Of a DNA stretch of 64,000 nt, positions 1-9,379 are shown one piece after another. This stretch comes from Candidatus Falkowbacteria bacterium HGW-Falkowbacteria-1 (GTDB taxonomy: Bacteria > Patescibacteriota > Patescibacteriia > Patescibacteriales > UBA12465): contig PHAI01000001.1 of assembly GCA_002840305.1 (NCBI GenBank), positions 229,463-293,462 of the forward strand. The letters are read 5' to 3'. A program made the position numbers and the translations under genes. Each line of letters opens with the position of its first letter. Position 1 is the first letter of the stretch. Under the pieces are notes generated by a model. That model made no database searches, was not told the origin of the DNA, and was given only the letters and a program-made list of their open reading frames with translations.

Positions 1-497
1 ATTACAAGACTGGCTCTCGTCAATCTAATTTATCTAGCTTTCATAGTTCTCTTTTTCAAGATTTAGAAGCGACTAAATGGAAGGCGATAAATTCGCAACA
101 ATATGGGGGTGAACTGCCAGTTTATTGGGGTGTGTATTTAGAAAAAGGTTTGTCATCTTACAAAATTTTCGCTGATTTAAATGGTAATTTTATAATTGAT
201 GATGGCGAGGACGATATTTCCTTGGGAGCCAAGAACTTCGATTTTTTAAGTAGTTCAATTATTAATGATATAAATTTAGGAGATCGTGTTTCTATTCTTT
301 TTTCAACCGAAGATGGTTTCCCGATATTTTATGATATTGATGGCGACATAATCTCGGGAGACGACTTAATTATAGAAATCAGGGATGGTGATTTTAATTT
401 TGGAAAGTTGATATTTTTAAACTCATTTGCTTTGGTAGATTTTGCTGATTGTTTTTGTTCGGTCGGATATGAAAATCAATGTTCTTGGTGTGAATAA
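1..497 (+). CDS. Minor pilin/pseudopilin (FimT/GspH-like), 5'-truncated by the window edge
   Basis: The frame of ORF 132-497 is open back to position 3 (YKTGSRQSNLSSFHSSLFQDLEATKWKAINSQQ...WGVYL). It lies directly upstream of two prepilin genes; the N-terminal prepilin motif is outside the window. Confidence 0.55.
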   Translation, partial: YKTGSRQSNLSSFHSSLFQDLEATKWKAINSQQYGGELPVYWGVYLEKGLSSYKIFADLNGNFIIDDGEDDISLGAKNFDFLSSSIINDINLGDRVSILFSTEDGFPIFYDIDGDIISGDDLIIEIRDGDFNFGKLIFLNSFALVDFADCFCSVGYENQCSWCE

Positions 498-506
498 TTA
501 TATATT

Positions 507-1088
507 ATGTTTATGTTAAAAAATAAAAAATTGCAGCGTGAACGAGAAATATTTTCACATAAATTTATTACTTGGACGTCGAAGACGTCTTTGCGTGGCT
601 TTACTCTGATGGAGGTGGTAGTCATACTTTTTGTTTTAAGTGTTGGTATTTTGGCTATTCTTTCTTTGGCCAGACGAAGTTCTTATTTTCAGAGTGTTAA
701 GAAAAACCTAATAGTCGCTTCTTATTTGTCTCAAGAGGGCATAGAATTAATGAAAAACATTAGAGATACCAATATCATCTTGGAGGATAGCTATGATAAT
801 TGGGACGGGTTTTCTTCGGCCGGGGTGGGTGAATTTACCTACAAAGTTGATTTTTTTACCTTATTGGCCACCACTTGCCCTTCTATAGATGAAGCTGTTT
901 TGCAGAATGATAAGGATGGATTTTTTGGTCACATTAAAGACGGTGAAGATTCTATTTTTAAAAGACTAATTACTGTTAGGGCCGAGACTAGCTCTAGCAC
1001 AACGGTAGAGTCATGGGTTGAATGGACAGAGAGAGGGCAAACTTATGATTATAAACTGGAGACTATTTTATATGATCTATCTTTATAA
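507..1088 (+). CDS. Type IV minor pilin (PilV-like)
   Basis: Class III signal motif RG/FTLMEVVVILFVLSVGILAIL with Glu+5, followed by a QEGIELMKNIRD helix. Confidence 0.8.
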   Translation: MFMLKNKKLQREREIFSHKFITWTSKTSLRGFTLMEVVVILFVLSVGILAILSLARRSSYFQSVKKNLIVASYLSQEGIELMKNIRDTNIILEDSYDNWDGFSSAGVGEFTYKVDFFTLLATTCPSIDEAVLQNDKDGFFGHIKDGEDSIFKRLITVRAETSSSTTVESWVEWTERGQTYDYKLETILYDLSL

Positions 1089-1614
1089 AAACAAAAAAGA
1101 AAGAGCCTTTACTTTGATTGAGATTTTAGTTTCTATTTCGATCTTGGTTTTTATTTTATTAAGCCTTTCTAGCATTTTAAGAAGTATATCAGTTAATCAA
1201 AAAGAGCTTTCTGCCGATTCTTTGACCTTGAATAACGTAGATTATTTTTTAAGGATAGCTAGCGATAATTTGCGACAGGCCCAAAAAAGTGACGGTTCTC
1301 TATGTGGTATAGCCGAAAATAAATTTTTTAATACAGGAGATGCTTATATAGATTTTATAAAAGATGGTGAGTGTTATAGTTTTGAATTGTTTGATGATGG
1401 TGGTGTGAACAGGGTTGTTATGTATGCAGGATCTAAGGGGAATAATTATATAAGCTCTAGAAATATTGATATTGCCAGTTTGTTTTTTGAAGTTGAGGAC
1501 TATATTGAATATGGTCAACCAATAGTAACTATTTTTATTAAAGCAGCGCCAGTTAATGGTTTGAGTAATTATATATCCGATCAGACTAGTGTTTCAGTCG
1601 GATATTATGAGTAA
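1072..1614 (+). CDS. Type IV minor pilin (PilW/PulJ-like)
   Basis: KKERA/FTLIEILVSISILVFILL prepilin motif. ATG 1072 is preferred over 1018 because it gives a normal short basic leader. Confidence 0.8.
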   Translation: MIYLYKNKKERAFTLIEILVSISILVFILLSLSSILRSISVNQKELSADSLTLNNVDYFLRIASDNLRQAQKSDGSLCGIAENKFFNTGDAYIDFIKDGECYSFELFDDGGVNRVVMYAGSKGNNYISSRNIDIASLFFEVEDYIEYGQPIVTIFIKAAPVNGLSNYISDQTSVSVGYYE

Positions 1615-1619
1615 AAGTT

Positions 1620-2672
1620 ATGAGCAAAAATATCTTTATAAATAAAAAAAATAATTTACCTGGTAGCGCGATTCTAGTTTCTATTATTATTTTGGGGTCA
1701 GTTTTTATAGTGGCCTTTGGTTCGGCCTATATGTCTATTGTGAATATGTCGAGAGGGGTTAGTTTGTCTGAAAATATAAAGTCCGAAGAGGCATCTCGAG
1801 CTGGAATAGAAAGATTTAAGTTTGAATTTTATTCTAATGGTTTTGATGCTAGTGGTGCTTGCGATGATCCGATTTTTTCTTCTCAAATTAGTGATGATTT
1901 GTCGTATACTATTTATTGTGATGATTCCACAGGTAAAAATGTTTTCTATTCTCTTGGTGTTTATAAAGATAAAGAGGTTTTGAACAAAATAAAAGCTAAA
2001 GGATTATTTGAAGATTGTGGTGATTACTTATTTTACGAGGGCGAGCTTTATGGGACGGTTGAAATAGGTGACCAATGTTGGATGAATAAAAATTTAAATA
2101 TCGGGACAGAAATAACTCAATATGAAAATCCAACAGACAATTATATAATAGAAAAATTTTGTTATAGTGGAGATTATAATTTTTGTGATTCATACGGAGG
2201 CCTATATACGTGGGACGAGGCTATGCAATATGTTAATGAGCCCATGTTTCGGGGCATATGTCCTGATGGTTGGCACATACCAAGCGATGAAGAGTTCAAA
2301 GAATTGGAATCTTTTTTAGGAATGGACGAGATAGAATTAGATGAATATAGCTATAGAGGCAATGATGAGCTAGTTGGAGGAAAAATGAAAAGTACAAGAA
2401 CTGATTTGGATGATCCAACATGGACTTATCCAAATACTAATGCTAGTAATGAAAGTGGATTTTTAGCCCTTCCTGGTGGGCGATCTTTTTTTAATTCCGA
2501 GTATAATGATTTCGAAGAAATAAGAGGGCTGTTTTCAGTTTGGTCTTCGTCAGTAGGCGGGGACTATAAAAACCCTATGGCAAGACTTTTGTCTTCTTCT
2601 AATGATGGAATAGCCAGGGAACCAAGAATGGACGCTTCCTATGGCCTGTCTATTCGCTGTCTTAAAGACTAA
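1620..2672 (+). CDS. PilX-like pilin fused to a FISUMP (Fib_succ_major-like) domain
   Basis: G/SAILVSIIILGSV lacks Glu+5, which is typical of PilX. The C-terminal half has IGDQCWMNKNL, YGGLYTWDEAM, GICPDGWHIPS, GFLALPGG, WSSS and GLSIRCLKD. Confidence 0.8.
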   Translation: MSKNIFINKKNNLPGSAILVSIIILGSVFIVAFGSAYMSIVNMSRGVSLSENIKSEEASRAGIERFKFEFYSNGFDASGACDDPIFSSQISDDLSYTIYCDDSTGKNVFYSLGVYKDKEVLNKIKAKGLFEDCGDYLFYEGELYGTVEIGDQCWMNKNLNIGTEITQYENPTDNYIIEKFCYSGDYNFCDSYGGLYTWDEAMQYVNEPMFRGICPDGWHIPSDEEFKELESFLGMDEIELDEYSYRGNDELVGGKMKSTRTDLDDPTWTYPNTNASNESGFLALPGGRSFFNSEYNDFEEIRGLFSVWSSSVGGDYKNPMARLLSSSNDGIAREPRMDASYGLSIRCLKD

Positions 2673-5115
<2,443 letters not shown>

Positions 5116-5139
5116 TTTTTTGTAATTTATTTTTTGAAA

Positions 5140-6612
5140 ATGGATTTTCATAAGTTTACAATTAAAGAATTGTCTAGAATTTTACAAAAAAAAGAAATTA
5201 GTTCTTTGGATTTGTGTAATTTTTTCTTGGATAGAATTAGAAATATAGATAGTAAATTAAAAACTTGTATCAGCGTTTTCGAAGAAGAGGCTAAAAAACA
5301 AGCTATTTTAGCTGATAAAATGATAGCCAACGGGGAGAAGGGGGAATTAATAGGCATCCCTTATTTAGTAAAGGATAATATGCTGGTCAAAGGTTTTAAA
5401 ACAACTGCCGCTTCTAAAATGCTAGAAAATTACATAGCTCCTTATGACGCCACTGTAATAAAAAGATTAAAGGATTCCGGGGCTGTTCTATTGGGAAAAA
5501 CAAATATGGATGAGTTTGCTCATGGGGCTTCAACTGAAAATTCGGCCTTTTTTGTAACCAAAAACCCCTGGGATTTAGAAAGAGTACCGGGTGGGAGTTC
5601 TGGTGGGTCAGCGTCTGCTGTTTCAGCTGGTTTATGTGTTTTTGCCTTGGGTAGTGACACTGGCGGATCGATTCGCCAGCCAGCCAGTTTTTGTGGGGTC
5701 AGCGGTTTAAAACCAAGCTATTCCAGGGTCTCTAGATTTGGTTTAATTTCTATGACTTCTTCGACTGATGTTATTGGTCCGATTGCCAAAAGCGTAGAAG
5801 ATGTCGCTATGGTTATGAAAGTTATTTCAGGTTTTGATGAAAATGATTTAAGTAGCGCCAATCTTGATGTTGAGGATTATTTAAAAAATATTAATAAAAG
5901 TATAAAAGGTTTAAAGATAGGCGTTGTTAAAGAATTTGTTGATAGTTTAGACGAGAAATTTAAAGAGGTTATAAATCAGGCTATTTTGACTTTTGAAAAT
6001 TTGGGAGCAAAAATAAAATTTATTTCATTACCATATAACAAATATGCTGGTCCAGTTTATTACATTATTACCCCTTCTGAGATAAGTTCAAATTTAGCTC
6101 GCTTAGATGGAATAAGATATGGTTTTTCTGCTGATTATAAATCTAAAGGTAGTTCGGCCGAAAATTTAAATGAGCTATATTTAAATAACAGGGGCCAATC
6201 TTTTGGGCCAGAAGTGAAAAGAAGAATAATGCTTGGAACATATACTTTGAGTTCTGGCTATTTTGATGCTTATTATAAAAAGGCAATGGCCGTTAGAGAA
6301 AAGATAGAACAAGAATTTAATGATGTTTTTTCTGAAGTTGATGTTATTTTGACCCCAACATCTCCTCACGTTGCTTTTAAAATCGGAGAAAAAATAAACG
6401 ATCCTGTCAAAATGTATTTAGAGGATATTTTCGTAACAGGGCCTTCCTTGTCTGGTCTTCCGGCCATATCTATACCGGCTGGGTTCGTGGATAATTTACC
6501 GCTTGGAATTCAAATTTTTGCTAATAAATTCAAAGAGGACTTGGTTTTAAATTTGGCTAATAATTTTCAATCAAAAACAGACTTTCACAAAAAGTCGCCA
6601 GATATAAATTAA
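5140..6612 (+). CDS. gatA: Asp/Glu-tRNA amidotransferase subunit A
   Basis: Amidase signature GKTNMDEFA, PGGSSGGSA, GSDTGGSIRQPA, plus EVKRRIMLGTY. ATG 5140 or TTG 5134 are possible starts. Confidence 0.97.
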   Translation: MDFHKFTIKELSRILQKKEISSLDLCNFFLDRIRNIDSKLKTCISVFEEEAKKQAILADKMIANGEKGELIGIPYLVKDNMLVKGFKTTAASKMLENYIAPYDATVIKRLKDSGAVLLGKTNMDEFAHGASTENSAFFVTKNPWDLERVPGGSSGGSASAVSAGLCVFALGSDTGGSIRQPASFCGVSGLKPSYSRVSRFGLISMTSSTDVIGPIAKSVEDVAMVMKVISGFDENDLSSANLDVEDYLKNINKSIKGLKIGVVKEFVDSLDEKFKEVINQAILTFENLGAKIKFISLPYNKYAGPVYYIITPSEISSNLARLDGIRYGFSADYKSKGSSAENLNELYLNNRGQSFGPEVKRRIMLGTYTLSSGYFDAYYKKAMAVREKIEQEFNDVFSEVDVILTPTSPHVAFKIGEKINDPVKMYLEDIFVTGPSLSGLPAISIPAGFVDNLPLGIQIFANKFKEDLVLNLANNFQSKTDFHKKSPDIN

Positions 6613-6640
6613 ATTTTTTAAATAATTAATTTTTAAAATT

Positions 6641-7375
6641 ATGATTAAGGACATGTTTAAAGACAAAAGAATTAGCGCCATTTTTACTGTTGTTTTTACT
6701 TTTTTGTTGATTATGGTGGTTTTTGTTATTGCCAAGAGTGATTTTGGCAAAACAAAAAAACACCAAGAACTTTCTGCTGAAGACATAGAGTCTTTGGTCG
6801 CAGCTGGCGATTTTTTATCGCCAAGTTTGAGATCGGTTGATGATAGTGATGTTTTTCTGGGCAAAAAAAATGCCGATGTAGAGCTTATAGTTTATGAGGA
6901 TTTGTCTAGTTATTATTCTGCTGAATTTAGTAAAACTATTGATTCAATTAGGCAGAATTTTGGTGATAAAGTTCTCGTAGCTTTTCGTCCTTATGCCAAC
7001 AAAATGTTTCCTCTTTCAATATCGACAAATCTTTGGGCTCAATGTGCTATGGAGCAGGGGAAATTTTTTGAAGCAAGAAAATTGTTGTTAAAGCAAGCAG
7101 AAAACGAAACACTTTCTGAGGAATATTTTTCTAATTACGCCAAAGAAATAGGCCTTAATTTAGATTCTCTCGAAAAATGCGTTAAAGGGGAAAAATATTT
7201 AGCTAAGTTGGAAGGCCTGAAAAAAGAAGCCGAAAGATTTGATGTTTATGGTGCGCCGACAGTTTTTGTTAATAATGAAATGATAATAGGGGCCAGATCT
7301 TTTGAGGATGTTACAAATGGAGATGGGCAAAATTTAGAAGGAATGAAGAATATTATAAGTAGAAATTTGAAGTAA
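6641..7375 (+). CDS. Membrane-anchored DsbA-like thioredoxin-fold protein lacking CxxC
   Basis: N-terminal TM helix, G..NADVELIVYEDL, and a GAPT cis-Pro loop. The active-site position reads SYYS. Confidence 0.8.
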   Translation: MIKDMFKDKRISAIFTVVFTFLLIMVVFVIAKSDFGKTKKHQELSAEDIESLVAAGDFLSPSLRSVDDSDVFLGKKNADVELIVYEDLSSYYSAEFSKTIDSIRQNFGDKVLVAFRPYANKMFPLSISTNLWAQCAMEQGKFFEARKLLLKQAENETLSEEYFSNYAKEIGLNLDSLEKCVKGEKYLAKLEGLKKEAERFDVYGAPTVFVNNEMIIGARSFEDVTNGDGQNLEGMKNIISRNLK

Positions 7376-7392
7376 TTAAATTTAGATAAATT

Positions 7393-7506
7393 ATGTTGAA
7401 AATGTTTTTATTGCAGTTTCTTTTAGATACTGATGTTCATTTTTATTTAAGGGAATTAGAGGGAAAGATTAATATAAAAAAAATACTTAAAACCAAGAAA
7501 AAATAA
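7393..7506 (+). pseudogene. Possible truncated winged-helix regulator remnant (37 aa)
   Basis: MLKMFLLQFLLDTDVHFYLRELEGKINIKK resembles the LFLLNP..FYLREL start of wHTH proteins. It is short and the resemblance is by eye only. Confidence 0.25.
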
Positions 7507-7645
7507 TTTTTTCTTTGTTTTATTTTTTTGGAGAGCTTCCCGTGTAATTACGAACCTTTCGTTTTGTGACGCTGGATTTCGCCATGTAAAAGTTTTTGTT
7601 ATGCTTTGCATAAGCTAAAACTAACGTGGCTTATAATAAAATATT

Positions 7646-7671
7646 GGAGAGTTCGCATAGTGGTCTAGTGC
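7646..7671 (+). repeat. Duplicated 5' fragment of tRNA-Ser(GGA)
   Basis: GGAGAGTTCGCATAGTGGTCTAGTGC is identical to 8008-8033. Confidence 0.95.
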
Positions 7672-7752
7672 CAGTCTTCGGCTGGTCAGTCACAGGCTGA
7701 CGCTAAATATTTTAAACTAAATGTATGGCTTGAAATATTTTTTATAAAAATC

Positions 7753-8001
7753 ATATTTTACACATATTTATTAAGAAGTAAAATTAAAAAATGGACCTAC
7801 ATTGGGCCTACAAAAAATTTATGTAGAAGGTTTAAAGAGCATAATAGCGGTAAGGTAAAATCAACGAGCCCATATTTGCCATTTGATTTGATTTATTATG
7901 AAGCATATAATAATTATACATTAGCCAGAAAAAGAGAAATTGAATTAAAAAAGAAGGGGCAACAGAAGGAAATTTTAATGGCAAGATTGAATATAGTATA
8001 A
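7753..8001 (+). CDS. Small GIY-YIG nuclease (YhbQ/SLX1-like); ATA start or pseudogenised start
   Basis: Manual translation: (I)FYTYLLRSKIKKWTYIGPTKNLCRRFKEHNSGKVKSTSPYLPFDLIYYEAYNNYTLARKREIELKKKGQQKEILMARLNIV*. It shows the YxY...YIG...R..EHN..G...T...P..L.YYE...A.KRE..LK pattern. There is no in-frame ATG/GTG/TTG between the stop at 7666 and this motif, so it is missing from the ORF track. Confidence 0.85.
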   Translation: MFYTYLLRSKIKKWTYIGPTKNLCRRFKEHNSGKVKSTSPYLPFDLIYYEAYNNYTLARKREIELKKKGQQKEILMARLNIV

Positions 8002-8007
8002 ACATTT

Positions 8008-8095
8008 GGAGAGTTCGCATAGTGGTCTAGTGCGCACGCTTGGAAAGCGTGTATACCGCAAGGTATCAAGGGTTCAAATCCCTTACTCTCCGCCA
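8008..8095 (+). tRNA. tRNA-Ser(GGA), CCA encoded
   Basis: Acceptor GGAGAGT/ACTCTCC, anticodon arm CACGC-TTGGAAA-GCGTG, long variable arm ATACC-GCAA-GGTAT, T-arm AAGGG-TTCAAAT-CCCTT, G discriminator + CCA. Confidence 0.97.
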
Positions 8096-8130
8096 AACAA
8101 AAAACCCGAACTGCTTCGGGTTTTTTGTTT
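8095..8130 (+). terminator. Intrinsic terminator after tRNA-Ser(GGA)
   Basis: AAACAAAAAACCCGAA-CTGC-TTCGGGTTTTTTGTTT is a perfect hairpin with a U-tract. Confidence 0.85.
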
Positions 8131-8144
8131 GCTGAAGATAAAAA

Positions 8145-8277
8145 GAGGGATTTGAAAGCCGGAGGCGATGTGTGAGCATAACGAACACCGCCGAGGCCGG
8201 GTCGGGGAGCTTAGCGAGCGACGAGCAAAGCGAGAAAGCGAGGCTTGGCTACCGTGACCAAACCCCTTACTCTCCGC
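8145..8277. repeat. tRNA-linked GC-rich structured repeat, copy 1
   Basis: Starts with GAGGGATTTGAA, which contains the reverse complement of the tRNA T-arm TTCAAATCCC. It ends with CCCTTACTCTCCGC (tRNA 3' end) and is nearly identical to 9087-9258. Confidence 0.9.
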
Positions 8278-8299
8278 GAAAACAATTTTAAGAATAAAA

Positions 8300-8330
8300 A
8301 AAGTCGAATTGCGAGATTCGACTTTGTTTG
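8300..8330. terminator. Bidirectional hairpin terminator
   Basis: AAAGTCGAAT-TGCGAG-ATTCGACTTT with flanking A/T runs, just beyond the stop of ORF 8333-8887. Confidence 0.7.
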
Positions 8331-8332
8331 TT

Positions 8333-8887
8333 TTAGACTGTTTTAAATTCATCAAAATTGCCTGATTTTATATCGGCAACTGTCATGATTATATAAAACA
8401 ATCCACCTGCTAGAGTTGCCCACAATGGTGCGCCCCTTAAATCTCCACTTATTATGTTGATAAAACAGATTAATGCCATTCCTGACAGAATTCCAAAATA
8501 GGGCAAATGGCTAATACCTCCCAGGCTTATTTTTCCTTTTTGAGGGTAGCCCCAGTCTGGTTTGTGGGACGGCCTTAAGTTCATCCATGCAAAAATTGTG
8601 GCGAGTATAATAGAGAAAGCAATAAAGATAACCCACTCTAAGTTAGTAATTTCACCTTTTATTGCAAGGTGAATAAAGCCATTTGTAATCCATACTAGGC
8701 CGAATAAATCTCCATAGGTTTGTGTGTAAAAATCTTCCCAGTATAAAAATTTTTGCTTACTACTTGAGATAATAGATTTACGAGATGGTAGGTTGCCTCT
8801 TTTTTTGTCTAATTGCTCAGCCAAGTATTGAGATAGACAAAATAAAGTATTTAAAAGAGCGACTAAATAAAAAACTGACCAGTTCAT
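8333..8887 (-). CDS. Hypothetical multi-pass membrane protein
   Basis: 184 aa with about 5 hydrophobic segments. It has its own GGAGG SD and a consensus promoter. Confidence 0.8.
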   Translation of the reverse strand: MNWSVFYLVALLNTLFCLSQYLAEQLDKKRGNLPSRKSIISSSKQKFLYWEDFYTQTYGDLFGLVWITNGFIHLAIKGEITNLEWVIFIAFSIILATIFAWMNLRPSHKPDWGYPQKGKISLGGISHLPYFGILSGMALICFINIISGDLRGAPLWATLAGGLFYIIMTVADIKSGNFDEFKTV

Positions 8888-8931
8888 GATTTCCTCCGTT
8901 TTTTAGTTATTTTTTAATGAATTGTGTCTGT

Positions 8932-8960
8932 ATTATATCATATTTTTTGCGATATGTCAA
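8932..8960 (-). promoter_or_regulatory. Consensus sigma70 promoter for ORF 8333-8887
   Basis: Minus strand reads TTGACA-N17-TATAAT with an extended TG. Confidence 0.85.
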
Positions 8961-9008
8961 TATTTCAGGTTTTGGTATATTTTACTTAATGAATTTTTGA
9001 ATAAAAAA

Positions 9009-9037
9009 GTTCCAACTACGTCCCACTCTCTCCGCCA
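9009..9037 (+). repeat. att-like scar: GTTCCAA..ACG + tRNA-Ser 3' end with CCA
   Basis: GTTCCAACTACGTCCCACTCTCTCCGCCA shares its motif with 17277, 18517 and 19218. Confidence 0.75.
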
Positions 9038-9074
9038 AATAAAAAACCTGACTTGCGTCAGGTTTTTTTTGTTT
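9037..9074 (+). terminator. Intrinsic terminator, paralog of 8095-8130
   Basis: AAAAAACCTGAC-TTGC-GTCAGGTTTTTT. Confidence 0.8.
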
Positions 9075-9086
9075 GGAGATGGCTAG

Positions 9087-9258
9087 GAGGGATTTGAAAG
9101 CCCTCCTTCGCCATATTTCATATGGCTTCGGCGGGTAAACCGGAGGCGATGCGTGAGCATAGCGAACACTGCCGAGGCCGGGTCGGGGAGTTTAGCGAGC
9201 GACGAGCGAAGCGAGAAGGCGAGGCTTAGCTACCGTGGCCGAATCCCTTACTCTCCGC
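9087..9258. repeat. tRNA-linked GC-rich structured repeat, copy 2, with a 39-bp palindromic insert
   Basis: GAGGGATTTGAAAGCC[insert 9103-9141]GGAGGCGATG...GCTACCGTGGCCGAATCCCTTACTCTCCGC. Confidence 0.9.
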
Positions 9259-9379
9259 GCTTGATTTTTATTGGTAATTTCTGTAATATATAAGCATAAG
9301 AAATCTTCGTTTTTTTTATTATTAAATAAAAAATATGGCAAAATAATTTTTTTTATTTTTATTATTAAATTTATTTTTT

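Noticed and set aside
2530..2672. FISUMP C-terminus as an active DGR variable region
   Set aside because: No template repeat copy or reverse transcriptase is seen in the window; it cannot be excluded elsewhere in the genome.
7529..7560. GGAGAGCTTCCC as a third tRNA-Ser 5' fragment
   Set aside because: Only about 6 nt match, which is not distinguishable from chance.
7646..8095. Intron-split tRNA (group I intron with homing endonuclease)
   Set aside because: The downstream tRNA is complete with its own 5' end, so this is a duplication rather than an interruption. No group I core is recognisable.
7914..8355. Minus-strand ORFs 7914-8096 and 8083-8355
   Set aside because: These are shadow translations of tRNA-Ser and its linked repeat (AESKGFEP is the tRNA antisense).
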